A stretch of DNA of 64,000 nt from positions 22,010,001 to 22,074,000 of the forward strand of contig NC_043022.1 of assembly GCF_006345805.1 (NCBI RefSeq). The letters are read 5' to 3'. The DNA comes from Octopus sinensis (lineage: Eukaryota). Positions within the stretch are counted from its first letter, which is position 1; each line of letters begins with the position of its first letter. Below are positions 50,962 to 62,951 of this stretch, in pieces. The notes beneath the pieces are model-generated. The model had not been told where the DNA came from and made no database searches. It worked only from the letters and a program-made list of their open reading frames with translations. A program made the position numbers and the translations under genes.

Positions 50962-51300
50962 TATACATACATACACACACACACACATATACAATGGGCT
51001 TCTTCCAGTTTCCGTCTACCAAATCCACTCACAAGGCTTCGGCTGGCCTGAGGCTATAGTAGAAGACACTTGCCCAAGGTGCCATGCAGTGCGACTGAAC
51101 CTGGGACCATGTGGTTGTTAAGCAAGCTACATACCACACAGCCACTCATACTATATATTTTTCTTGCAGAATATGTCTCAATGTAACTCTTCCATCCACT
51201 CAGTCATTCTTTTAAGATGTCAGACAGTCAGTATTCATTGATTTAACATCTTTCTATTTTTCAGTCAACTAGTGTCTGGGTAAGTAATAGTAAACACTAT

Positions 51301-51343
51301 ACTTCTCTGAGGAGGTCTAATAAGACTGAAACATATCTAGAGT
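51301..51343 (+). ncRNA. Hammerhead motif, duplicate copy 1 (cleavage triplet ATC, stem III pair broken)
   Basis: CTGAGGA-ggtct(aata)agact-GAAA-catatc. Confidence 0.6.
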
Positions 51344-53088
51344 TACCAATGAACCTACCAAATATAAAACTTTTCTCCACTACATACTCACATACCCACT
51401 ATCTATTTCTAATTGATTTTAATTAATTTAAATCCCTCGTTATTCTGGAGTCGTTTCCTCTTAACTTCTGGGACCAGAATTAATCATGAAAACTAATTGC
51501 TTTTCCTCACTACAATTCATGTATTCTTATATTTGTTTCAGTCATTTGACTGTGGCCATGCTGGAGCACCGCCTTTAGTCGAACAAATCGACCCTAGGAC
51601 TTATTCTGTAAGTCCAGTACTTACTCTATCAGTCATTTTTGCCGAACCACTAAGTTACGGGGACGTAAACACACCAGTTTGGTTGTCAAGCGATGGTGGG
51701 GGGAACAAACACACATATACATACATATATATATGACGGGCTTCTTTCAGTTTCCATCTACCAAATCCACTCACAAGGCTTTGGTCGGCCTGAGGTTATA
51801 GTAGAAGACACTTGTCCAAGGTGCTAACCTATCAGCCTGTGTCATTAACTCATTCATAATTATATAAGAAATGTTCTGTCAGACAGTTTCAATTCATTTT
51901 CAATATGATCAAAAATGAGTATTTTTTTTCATTTACTTGTTTCAGTCATTTGACTGTGGCCATGCTGGAGCACCGCCTTTAGTCGAGCATATTGACCCCA
52001 GGACTTATTCTTTGTAAGCCTAGTACTTATTCTATCAGTCTCTTTTGCCAAACCGCTAAGTTACGGGGACGTAAACACACCAGCATCGGTTGTCAAGCGA
52101 TGTTGGGGGAGGAGGGCAAACACAACACACAAACCTACATATATATATATATTATATATATATATACGACGGGCTTCTTTCAGTTTCCGTCTACCAAATC
52201 CACTCACAAGGCTATAGCAGAAGACACTTGCCCAAGGTGCCACACAGTGGGACTGAACCCAGAACCATGTGGTTGGTAAGCAAACTACTTACCACACAGT
52301 CACTCCTACACCTATTAGTAACTTTAAATATTGGTATTGATTTTAAACAGTTTTGACCAAGTGGTCAGTATTCAATAAGATTGCCATTGGCTTCAACTAC
52401 GGTCTCCAGACGACTTCGAAATCTTCAGTAACATTTCTGGATGCTCTCCTTGTTTAAGTTGGTCAATGCTGCCATAATCCTTGTCTTCAGTTCATCCTTG
52501 GGGTTACAAGGAGTTTTGTGGGTCTCTTGCTCAACTACACCCCACACATAATAATCAAGGGGGTTGCAGTCTGGAGAAGTAGGTGGCCAGATGTTAGGGT
52601 AATGTGGTCACATAAATTGTCTGACAGCCAGACCGGGTTCTCTTGCTTGTGTGGTATGGTGTAGAATCCTGTTGCCAGACAAAGGGTCTTCCAGCAGCCA
52701 CCCTCTTCACCCAGGGCGGCACTGGGCCTCCATATGGAGTCTGAAGCAGTGTGGGAAAATGGATGTAGGCATCAACATCACCATCGCTAGTAATCACTCC
52801 AAACACCATAACACTGACTGGATGTTTGATTTCTATCACTCTCAGTACTCTGCACTATCCTCAGATTGACATCCAAAAACTCTGAAATGTTCATATTGGA
52901 GCTTCTGGCATGAATGCCAAGTAGTACAGCATGTCGTTTCCAAATTTCTGGCATCATGGTGGTGTTTTTCTCACAGATGGTGCCCAACTGACTCTACTAT
53001 ACTGTGTAGTTGCCAAAATCAAAAACAAACAATGCGTCTGCGTGAGATTAAAAATATAAAATGCCGACAGTTTACCCATTACATCCTC

Positions 53089-53122
<34 letters not shown>

Positions 53123-53210
53123 TATATGTAAATATATGTATATATGTATATGTATATATATCTATGTATATATGTATATATATATATATGTATATATGTA
53201 TATATATGTA

Positions 53211-53254
<44 letters not shown>

Positions 53255-53300
53255 TGTATATTTATATATATATATGTATATATATATGTATGTATACATG

Positions 53301-53379
<79 letters not shown>

Positions 53380-54320
53380 TATTTGCCACTATCTCTCCGG
53401 CTCTCTCTAGAACTCTTGCTGTTTTCCACTCTTTCTCTCTCTCTCTCGCTAGGTAACCATGTACCTCCTCTACAGCAAGCCACCTGTTTCTGTCTCTCTA
53501 TAACACTCTAACCTACCATCGTCTGATATTTTTATTTTCACATAATAGGTGCAGGCGTAACAGTGTGGTTGAGAAGTTTGTATTTTTGGATTCAGTTTTC
53601 CACTGCATGGCACCTTAGGCAAGTGTCTTCTGACGTTCACGATGGAAACTGAAACAAGTCATTCATACACATGCATGCATGCACGTATGTGTGTATGTTT
53701 GTGAATATGCTTCTGTCTCCTTGTCTTGACATTGCATTATTGTTGAAAACAAACGTCATTCATTTCCAATATTCTTCAAAAACATGTCTAGCCATGGAGG
53801 AAGCATCATCTTGCTGGGAAACAAGTATGGGTTGGCAACAAGAAAAGCATTCAGCTGGAGAAAACCTGTCTCAATAAACAGTCCAACAAAAGCAGGCATA
53901 GAAATGTGACTACAAATGTAATTCTGAGCAATTTACAGTTTTTGGCTCGCTTTATGTGGCTTCTTCGCATTAGACTCTTTACTCTTTTACTTATTTCAGT
54001 CATTTGACTGTGGCCATGCTGGAGCACCGCCTTTATAGTCAAGCAAATCGACACAAGAGCTTATTCTTTGTAAGCCTTGTACTTATTCTACCAGTTTCTT
54101 TCGCCGAACTGCCAAGTTACGGGGATGTAAACACACCAGCACCGGTTGTCAAGCGATGTTGGGGGGAGGGACAAACACACACACACACATATATATGTAT
54201 ATATATGTGTATATATATATGTATATATATATATAAAATTAATTAAGGGTAGAAATTGATATTTATCAATTAAAACCAGTGGTCAAGCATATTAAAAAAG
54301 AATCCGAAGATTAAAATATT

Positions 54321-54457
54321 TATATATACCAATTAAGGACTGAACACGAAAAATGGACTGTCAACATGCTAGATATAGACGTTTTGTGGAGAATGGCGAT
54401 TTGACATCTATATCTAGCATGTTGACTGTCTATTTTTCGTGTTCAGTCCTTAATTGG

Positions 54458-54466
<9 letters not shown>
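54321..54466. repeat. Long inverted repeat (~59-bp arms) within an insertion in a SINE microsatellite
   Basis: tatatataccaattaaggactgaacacgaaaaat...gtcaacatgctagatataga and its reverse complement, 2 mismatches, 27-nt loop. Confidence 0.85.
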
Positions 54467-54499
<33 letters not shown>

Positions 54500-54812
54500 T
54501 ATACAATGGGCTTCTTCCAGTTTCCGCCTACCAAATCCACTCACAAGGCCTTGGTTGGCCTGAGGCTATAGTAGAAGACACTTGCCCAAGGTGCCATGCA
54601 GTGGGACTGAACCTGGGACCATGTGGTTGTTAAGCAAGCTACATACCACACAGCCACTCATACTATATATTTTTCTTGCAGAATATGTCCCAATATAACT
54701 CTTCCATCCACTCAGTCATTCTTTTAAGATGTCAGACAGTCAGTATTCATTGATTTAACATCTTTCTATTTTTCAGTCAACTAGTGTCTGGGTAAGTAAT
54801 AGTAAACACTAT

Positions 54813-54855
54813 ACTCCTCTGAGGAGGTCTAATAAGACTGAAACATGTCTAGAGT
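54813..54855 (+). ncRNA. Hammerhead motif with intact catalytic core, duplicate copy 2
   Basis: CTGAGGA (54819-25), stem II ggtct/agact, GAAA (54840-43), palindromic ACATGT, GTC site at 54847-49; stem I only partly paired. Confidence 0.65.
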
Positions 54856-55446
54856 TACCAATAAACCTACCAAATATAAAACTTTTCTCCACTACATACT
54901 CACATACCCACTATCTATTTCTAATTGATTTTAATTAATTTAAATCCCTAATTATTCTGGAGTCGTTTCCTCTTAACTTCTGGGACCAGAATTAATCATG
55001 AAAACTAATTGCTTTTCCTCACTACAATTCATGTATTCTTATATGTGTTTCAGTCATTTGACTGTGGCCATGCTGGAGCACTGCCTTTAGTTGAACAAAT
55101 CGACCCTAGGACTTATTCTGTAAGTCCAGTACTTATTCTATTGGTCATTTTTGCCGGACCGCTAAGTTACGGGGACGTAAACACACCAGCTTTGGTTGTC
55201 AAGCGATGGTGGGGGGAACAAACACACATATACATACATATATAAATGACGGGCTTCTTTCAGTTTCCATCTACCAAATCCACTCACAAGGCTTTGGTTG
55301 GCCTGAGGTTATAGTAGAAGACACTTGTCCAAGGTGCTAAGCAGTGAGACTGAACCCAGAACCATGTGGTTCGTAAGCAAGTTACTTACCACACAGTCAC
55401 TCATATATTATCACAATTTTGTGCCTCACTTTTAAAATATATTACC

Positions 55447-55832
55447 GGAGTGGCTGTGTGGTAAGAAGCTTGCTTCCCAACCACATGGTTCCAGGTTGTC
55501 CCACTGTGTGGCACGTTGGGCAAGTGTCTTCTACTATATAGCCTCAGGCTGACCAAAACATTGTGAGTGGATTTAGTAGATGGAAACTGAAAGAAGCTTG
55601 TCATATATATATATATATATTTGTGTGTGTATCTGTGTTTGTACCCCCACCATCGCTTGACAAACGATGTCGGTGTGTTTACGTCCCTGTAACTTAGTGG
55701 TTTGGCAAGTGACCAATAGAATAAGTACTAGGCTTACAAAGAATAAGACCTGAGGTCGATTTGTTCGACTAAAGGCGGTGCTCCAGCAAGGCCACAGTCA
55801 AATGACTGAAACAAATAAAAGAATAAAAGAAT
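55447..55832 (+). mobile_element. SINE family A, head-to-head with the minus copy at 55047-55402
   Basis: Full-length copy. Confidence 0.85.
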
Positions 55833-57164
55833 CTACTGAAATGATATTTCAAAAAATATTTTTTAATGCAGAAGGCATCTCTGACTAATTCCTTCATTGG
55901 GGTTGACACAGATGTCAAAGGTTACTTCATCCACAGTTCAAGTTTCTGCTTGTTGTAAACATAAGTGTATCTTATAGTGACAGCCAGAAAAAAGCCTGTA
56001 TGTGGATGATTAAGAAGACAAAGAAAGTCAGGTTTGGTAATGTGGAAATAGTCAGAGCTGGAATGTGTTTCATCACAGGTCTGCTCAATCAAGGTTGACC
56101 TGGGGTTAAACAACAACAGCAACGACTTTCATTTACTCTTCCTTCTCCCTCCTCTCCTCATCACCCCTCCTCTCTTTGTTCTTCGACTTCATTATTTCCA
56201 CATGATGCACTACTGGAACCATTCCAAAATGGATAAAAAAAAATAAAAACGCAAATAGTTTGTCATCTAACATATGCTTGAGTGGGAGGGAGCATAGAAA
56301 TGTGTTCGGTTGCATACCAAGCAAGTACCATCATATGTGCAGCACAACTACCAAGCAAACCACCACCTCTGAAATATCTCAGGCAGATGATGTGTAAGTG
56401 CCATGGTCATTTGAACAGCTCAGACACATTCAAAGACAATAAGGCAAAATAACAAGGTACCACATTAATTCTTGAAACACCCTGTTCTTGCTCACTGCAG
56501 TACAATATTCCCTTAAAACCAATATGCTGATTTACAAAATTAGTAATATGCTAATTATTATGAATTGCAAGATATTTTATTTTTCCTCTATGAAAAATAA
56601 GTAAATAAAAAATCAAAAATAATTTCTGGCAAGAAATATATGCAATATAAGAAAGTATCGAATTTCAAAGTTGTTTTATATAAAATCTTCTTCAGATATA
56701 GCTATAAGTTCAAGGCTAATTCGAAAAGCAAAAGAACATAAAAAAAAAAAAATGAAAATAAAAATAAAACAAATTTCTGTCAAGAAGTAACGAAATTAAA
56801 TTTGGTTTCCCAGCAGAGTGCTCCGAACTGAACATGTGCTGTGGTACTAAATATAGATCACATCAAATAAAACCTGGCAGTCATCTCTTCTAATATGATT
56901 ATACACATAGCAAGGGTATGTGTATGTGTGTGTGCTGATAGACAAACATCAACTCTACTAACCAAAAGAGAAATGTTAACAGAAACAGAGACAGGCACAC
57001 GAACAGACAAGACTAAAACTAGGAAGAATAAACAGTGACATTTCATTAGGAACAACACACCAAGATATACTTTCTGACTCACACTCATACATTCTTTTCC
57101 AGCACCTGTGTATGTGTTATGCATGTCCAAGTGACTATATCAGAAATCATTGCAACAATTATGA

Positions 57165-57393
57165 TTAACCCTTTAGCATTTAAACCGGCCATATCCAGCC
57201 AAAAGTATTCTGCCTGTTTTATGTTCAAACTGGCCAGATCTGGTCTCTCACACCAACCCTACAATGTCGTTTTAAAATTTAACAGCAACCTCATCAAAAT
57301 CTCATAGCTACAAGATAATGCATGATTAGTTCAAAACAATTTGGATGAAAAAGCATTAATTTTGGCAGAATAATGCAAACACTAAAGGGTTAA
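57165..57393. mobile_element. piggyBac-like MITE
   Basis: TTAA-ccctttagca ... actaaaggg-TTAA. Confidence 0.8.
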
Positions 57394-57559
57394 AGCAATG
57401 AGGTGGCAAAATTGTTAGCATGCTGGACAAATGCTTAGCGGCATTTTGTCTGTCGCTAGATTCTGAGCTCAAATTCAGCCAAGGTAAACTTTACCTTTCG
57501 TTCTTTTGGAGTCAATAAAATAACTTACCAATCAAGTACCAGGGTCAATATATATCTCT

Positions 57560-57783
57560 TTACTGCCTACAAGGGGCTAAACATAGAGGGGACAAACAAG
57601 GACAGACGAAGGGTTTAAGTTGATTACATCGACCCCAGTGCGAAACTAGTACTTTATTTATCGACCCCGAAAGGATGAAAGACAAAGTCGACCTTGGCAG
57701 AATTTGAACTCAGAACGTAACGACAGACGAATTACCGGTAAGCATTTCGCCCAGCGCGCTAACGGTTCTGCCAGCTCGCCGCT
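57560..57783 (-). mobile_element. SINE family B
   Basis: Reverse complement of the family B consensus. Confidence 0.8.
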
Positions 57784-60047
57784 AGGGTCAATATAATCGA
57801 CTAATAGCCCTTCATCCAAATTTCTGGACTTTTGCTTTTAGCAGAAACATTATTATTAAAGAAGCAAGGTAGTAGAATTGTTAAGGTGTCAGACAAAATG
57901 CTTAGGAACATTTCATCAGGCTTTTTACATCCTGAGTTCAAATTCCATCAAAGTTGACTGCCTTTTGTCGTTTCGGGATTAATTAAACAAGTACCTATTC
58001 AGTCTCAGGGTCAATGTAACTGACTAACCCTTTACCCCTAAAATTACTGACCTAGTGCCAAAGATTTGAAACAATTATCATTAAGGTAGTGAACTGGCAA
58101 CATTTTTTCCAGAAATTTATATTTTGAGTTCAAAGGCAGAAGTCTTTGATCCCTTCTATGTTGATAAAATATAATACCAGTAGAGTACGGAGGACAGTGT
58201 GATCGACTTATTCCCTCCCCTCAAAACTGTTGACTTTGTGTTAAATTTAGAATTATATTATAATTATTATTATTATTATTATTATTGCACAAGAGAGCAG
58301 CACATGCCATCAAGTGATACTAGGACATAAATATATGAACATCATGAGAATCCATCTGATAAGGATACACCAGTGATATGCATCACAACCATATGTGCAT
58401 GACACGGTGACTTTATATCAAGGGGATCTAGTTAAAATTTTCTTCAGGTCAAGTAGCCCATCCTGCCTAAACTAACACCAGTTGACAAGGTAGTAGGGGA
58501 CAAAGACAACACACACACACACACAACAGGCTTTGTTTCTGTTTCTGTCAACCAAATCTACTCACAAGGTTTTGGTTAGTTCAGGGCTATAGTAGAAGAC
58601 ACTCACGAAAGGATTGAACCTGGAACCATGTGGTTGGGAAGCAAACTTCTTACCAGACAATCTCACCTACTGCCTTTCTTTCAATTAATTTTGGAAAAAA
58701 AAACCCAAAAAAACTTAGGACTCTAGTAAAATAACTTTGCCATTGTTAAGCTGGTGTTTGAAATAGAACATGAAATTTTAATGGGTTTTAATTTTGGTCC
58801 CTTGAGAACCAGGATTGGTCTTCATGGGATAGGTACCAAAAGGATTAAAGAGATAATTGTTAGAAACATTGAATTTAAAAAGGAATGAATGGTTTTGGTA
58901 TTCAGTTAAAACCCTTATGCTCTGAGTTCAAATCATATCACGGTTGACTTAGCCTTCAGGTGGCAACAAAAGCTACCAGGGAAATATTGGGGTTGTTCTC
59001 GTAATTAAGAAACCTTCCTTCGAAATTTAAGTCCTCCTGTCTATATTAGAAAGAGTTATCCAAATTACATGGACCAGCAGAATTGTACAAGTGTTGGTAT
59101 TTGTTCTGGCTCTTTAACTTCCAAGTTCATATCCTGCCAAGGCCAACTTTGCCTTTAAAATCCCTTGGTTGGGAGAGGGGAGGGGGGTCAATAAAATAAA
59201 TTTCCAGTCAAGTACTTGAGGTAAATATTATCAACAGCCATTCCCTCCTTCTGCCCTTGTACCTAAACACAACAATTATTTATAACTGCAGATGGCGGAA
59301 TCAGTAGAGCAGTGAACAAAAGGGGGAAAAAAAAAATTGTTGGTATTTTAGTTACTTCCCTTCAGATTCTGAGTTCAAATCTCAACAAGGTTAAGATTGC
59401 TTTTGAAATCAAATATTAGGATGAAGGGGAGGGGAACAACTTTAATTATCTATATCCTTTCCTTCCTTCCCCAAAAGATATGTGGCCATATGCCAAGTCA
59501 GAAAGCAACCATTGTTATTGTTGTTTTTCTTATTATTGAGAGATTTTTGTTTAGTTTGGCATTTTTTTTTTTTTAACCAAAGCCAACCTTGGCACAGTTC
59601 CTAAAATTTCAAAACCAAAAGCAAGAACAATGAAGGAACATTTCCAGACCTGTTATGTCAAAAACAGAGAGGTTAACAGAATGACGGTAAGTGATTTAGC
59701 AGAAAGAGAGAGAGAGAGGTTGAGAGAGAAAGAAGGAAGGAGATGAAGAGAGGAAAGGAGAGAGACAGAGAGAGAGGTGAAGAATGAGAAGAATGATAGT
59801 AGTGATGCTGGTGGTGGTGGTGGTGGGTGGCTCAATGTTTCATGTAAACAGATTATTTAGGAAGTAGAAATAGTCGAGAGAATGATAATAGGATGAAGAG
59901 AGGCAAGTGGATGCATTAGGCAAAATATTTTGCATGGAACTACTGAACTCATGCTGCATGTGACTGTAACAACAGTGCACTCTGACTGCAACAGCAGCGA
60001 ATGTAAATGCATCAATAGTGTACTGTGACTGTAACAGAAGTGTACTG

Positions 60048-60571
60048 TGAGGGTTGTCCGGAAAGTTTGTGTCGATTTATAGTAGGTTACTTTACAACTT
60101 ATTTTAGAACATGGTTGAGTCCATAAAATAGGATTTGACTACACCCCCATTTAAAGCACAGTTTATGCTTTCTTTTCGTGGAAGAAGATTTATGTTCCTA
60201 TAACCTGTATTAATTCTGTAACCCTTTAAAATGGAAGATAAGAAAGTTCATTTTCGGCACTTGATGCTTTGGCAACCAGACAAAAATTGCTGCAGCTCGG
60301 CTGGGATGCATTATCCCACCCTCCATATTCACCAGATATTGCTATGGTAAAAATTTTAATTCCTTGGATGACGTAAAAAGATGCCCTAATGAATTCTTTG
60401 CCATGAAACCACCTCAATTCTGGGAAGAGGGTATTTTCAAGTTAAAGGAAAGATGGAGACGCATTGTGCAACAAAATGGTTCATATTTGGTTGATTAAAA
60501 ATGTAATGGCAAGTATTTATTGACCTTTTTCTTTACTTTGAAAATTGGCACGAACTTTCCGGACAACCCAA
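60048..60571 (+). mobile_element. Internally deleted mariner element
   Basis: TIRs gggttgtccggaaagtt / aactttccggacaaccc; HPPYSPDIA motif; ...WRRIVQQNGSY end. Confidence 0.85.
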
Positions 60572-60729
60572 TACATGTTTTATATTTATTGAATGTTTTC
60601 TTTTTTAATAGGTATTATCTGGAGAAAGGACACCATGCTCTGTCTTTTAGCTCTCCAGGACTGGTGAGCTGGAAGATGTTAACATTCCTCTTCAGTCACT
60701 GAACCAGTCAGCATCTACAAGTAAAACAT

Positions 60730-61043
60730 GATGGTTCCGGGTTCAGTCCCACTGTGTGGCACCTTGGGTAAGTGTCTTCTGCTATAGCCTCGGGCCGACC
60801 AAAGCCTCATGAGCGGATTTGGTAGATGGAAACTGAAAGAAGCTCGCTGTATATATGTATATGTTCGTCCCCCAACATCGCTTGACAACCGATGCTGGTA
60901 TGTTTACGTCCCCGTAACTTAGCAGTTCGGCACAAGAGACTGATAGAATAAGTACTAGGCTTACAAAGAATAAGTCCTGGGGTCGATTTGCTCAACTAAA
61001 GGCGGCGCTCCAGCATGGCCGCAAGTAAAAGAGTAAAAGAGTA
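60730..61043 (+). mobile_element. SINE family A (5'-truncated)
   Basis: ggttccgggttcagtccc...aagtaaaagagtaaaagag. Confidence 0.8.
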
Positions 61044-61333
61044 GTTGTAGGGATGAGACTGTAACAGTATTGAGGTGATTAAAACAGTGGTGATGCACCC
61101 ATATCCTACTGTAAATGTGTAAAAAAAAATGAAATGTAATACTACAGAAAGGTGACATAGTAAATAGTGGTATAGTACAAGCTACCCTGACATGCTACAG
61201 GTAACATTACCGAAGACCAGAGACGGTAACATCACAGTGGATGACAATATAAATAACATAAGGAACCACCGGGGGTGGCCTCACAGAGGGTGTCAAAATA
61301 AATAGCATAATCAATGAATATAAAGGTCCTTAC

Positions 61334-61399
61334 CTGACTTAATCCAATGCGATAGTTGAGTTTATCGATATCCATGTGATCCAGATAATGTTTGATAAT
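61334..61399 (-). CDS. MYO18: Myosin-XVIII converter exon
   Basis: tcttcag|ATT...CAG|gtaagg, 66 nt, phase 0/0. IIKHYLDHMDIDKLNYRIGLSQ matches recalled human [22 protein letters not shown] in length and in the GLS motif. Confidence 0.88.
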
Positions 61400-61577
61400 C
61401 TGAAGAGTAAATAACAACAATAAGACAGAAATACAACTGCAACATTGAACAACAATTAACCCTTTAGTGTTTAGATTACTCTGTCAAATGTAATACTTAT
61501 TTATTCACATTGTTTTGAATTAATTGTGCCTTATCTCATAGCTTCAAAATTTTGACGATGTGATTATTTATCTTTAG

Positions 61578-61761
61578 CCATTTAATCTGCCTGAAACTTT
61601 ATTCCATAACTCGGATTTACAGCTCAGTAAATCAACAACTATTGGATTACAGTTTGTAGCAATCATGGATCAATCTGGATTTCCAATCATCAAATTAGGG
61701 GACCCGAAACTGGAAGGGAAAAAATGGAAGGTGGCATCGAAGATTATCTCTGGCAGCGTTG
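61578..61761 (+). pseudogene. Orphan exon resembling an adhesion-GPCR GAIN domain (subdomain B strands)
   Basis: tttag|CCA...GTTG|gtatgt; PFNLPETLFHNSDLQLSKSTTIGLQFVAIMDQSGFP...KVASKIISGSVG follows the LP..L..N / QF.....F / S.VI..S.G pattern of recalled ADGRG2 and ADGRG6. Confidence 0.6.
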
Positions 61762-61884
61762 GTATGTATGTGTTGGCCTTGTGAAGGGGTCGGGGAGAGG
61801 TTTGGGTCAACTTTACTTTTGTTCTCATTGTCAAGAACATCAGCTACACAGACAAGTCTGTTCGTATGTCATTTGTGAGATGGG

Positions 61885-62145
61885 CACCTATGCCGGTGGC
61901 ATGTGTAAAAAGATTCGAGCGAGGTCATTGGCAGTACCACCTGACTGGCCCCATGCCGGTGGCACGTAAAAAGCACCCACTACACTCTCGGAGTGGTTGG
62001 CATTAGGAAGGGCATCCAGCTGTAGAAACTCTGCCAGACCAGATTGGAGCCTGGTGCAGCCATCTGGCTTGCCAGTCCTCAGTCAAATCATCCAACCCAT
62101 GCTAGCATGGAAAGCGGACGTTAAACGATGATGATGATGATGATG
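61885..62145 (+). mobile_element. Family C (RTE 3' end) with (GAT)n tail
   Basis: ggcattaggaagggcatccagctgtag...ggacgttaaacgatgatgatgatg. Confidence 0.85.
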
Positions 62146-62739
62146 AATGACATTGTAGGGTAGGCGCGAGAGGCTGAATATCATAAGTTTGAACATAAAA
62201 CAAGGATAATATTGTGGCCGGATATGGCCGGTTTAAACACTCAAGGGTTAAAGAATACAGAAATGTTTTTTGTTTTTGGTGTTGTTACTGTTTAGCCCAA
62301 GGTAACTTCTGATCCAGCAGACCTATGATCATTCAGCCAAAGTGTACAGAGGACTACATTATCATATCTGTCCTACTGTGATGTTGGTGTTTGGCGCCAG
62401 GTCAGCCTTGATCTAAGGAGCCTATGACCAAAGATGTGCCAGCAGTGATCATCCCTTTGTTTATTCAGACATTATCTCTAGGACTACATTATTTCATGGG
62501 ACTAAACAATAACAAGTGAACCAATGTTAAAGCTTCTGCATGGTAACTCAACTTGCTAGAAATAGCAACCAGATCTTTAATTCATTGACTGTCATCGTGG
62601 AATAGGAAAGAATGCATTGGATAAAGCAATTCTAGACAACCACTAAATAGATTGGATGGTCAGAGCTGGAATGTCTTTGACTATATTTTTGTTAGATGAG
62701 GGTCTAAACAATAACAACAAAAGTGTGTGTGTGTGTGCA

Positions 62740-62796
<57 letters not shown>

Positions 62797-62828
62797 AAGT
62801 GAAAGAGAAAGAAGAAGAGAGTACTAAC

Positions 62829-62923
62829 CTGTCTTTCATCCATGCCATCTGTTTTGAGGCCAAGAGGCATGAGAACCTCAAAACGGTGTTTAAATTCGCT
62901 GAACTGCAGGAAATCAGGGAAAC
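62829..62923 (-). CDS. MYO18: Myosin-XVIII motor exon (post-SH1, GYP-equivalent)
   Basis: gtttcag|GT TTC CCT...CAG|gttagt, 95 nt, phase 1/0. GFPDFLQFSEFKHRFEVLMPLGLKTDGMDERQ vs recalled human GYPDHMVFSEFRRRFDVL...VDERR. Confidence 0.92.
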
Positions 62924-62951
62924 CTGAAACAGATGGTAGAGAAACAGTTGA

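Larger units (their letters stand above)
48921..55340 (+). repeat. Tandem segmental duplication (copy 1 48921-51827; copy 2 51828-55340)
   Basis: Collinear maT remnant, microsatellites, SINEs and unique spacers; junction aaggtgctaa|cctatcagcc. Confidence 0.9.
61456..62251. mobile_element. piggyBac-like MITE split by a 568-nt insertion (61578-62145)
   Basis: TTAA termini at 61456-59 and 62248-51; the halves rejoin as tttag|aatgacattgtaggg, as in intact copies. Confidence 0.8.

Noticed and set aside
57083-57124. MHNTYTGAGKECMS followed by AGT|gtgagt (phase 0) as another first exon
   Set aside because: Short, weak exonic donor context and a MITE immediately upstream; expected by chance.
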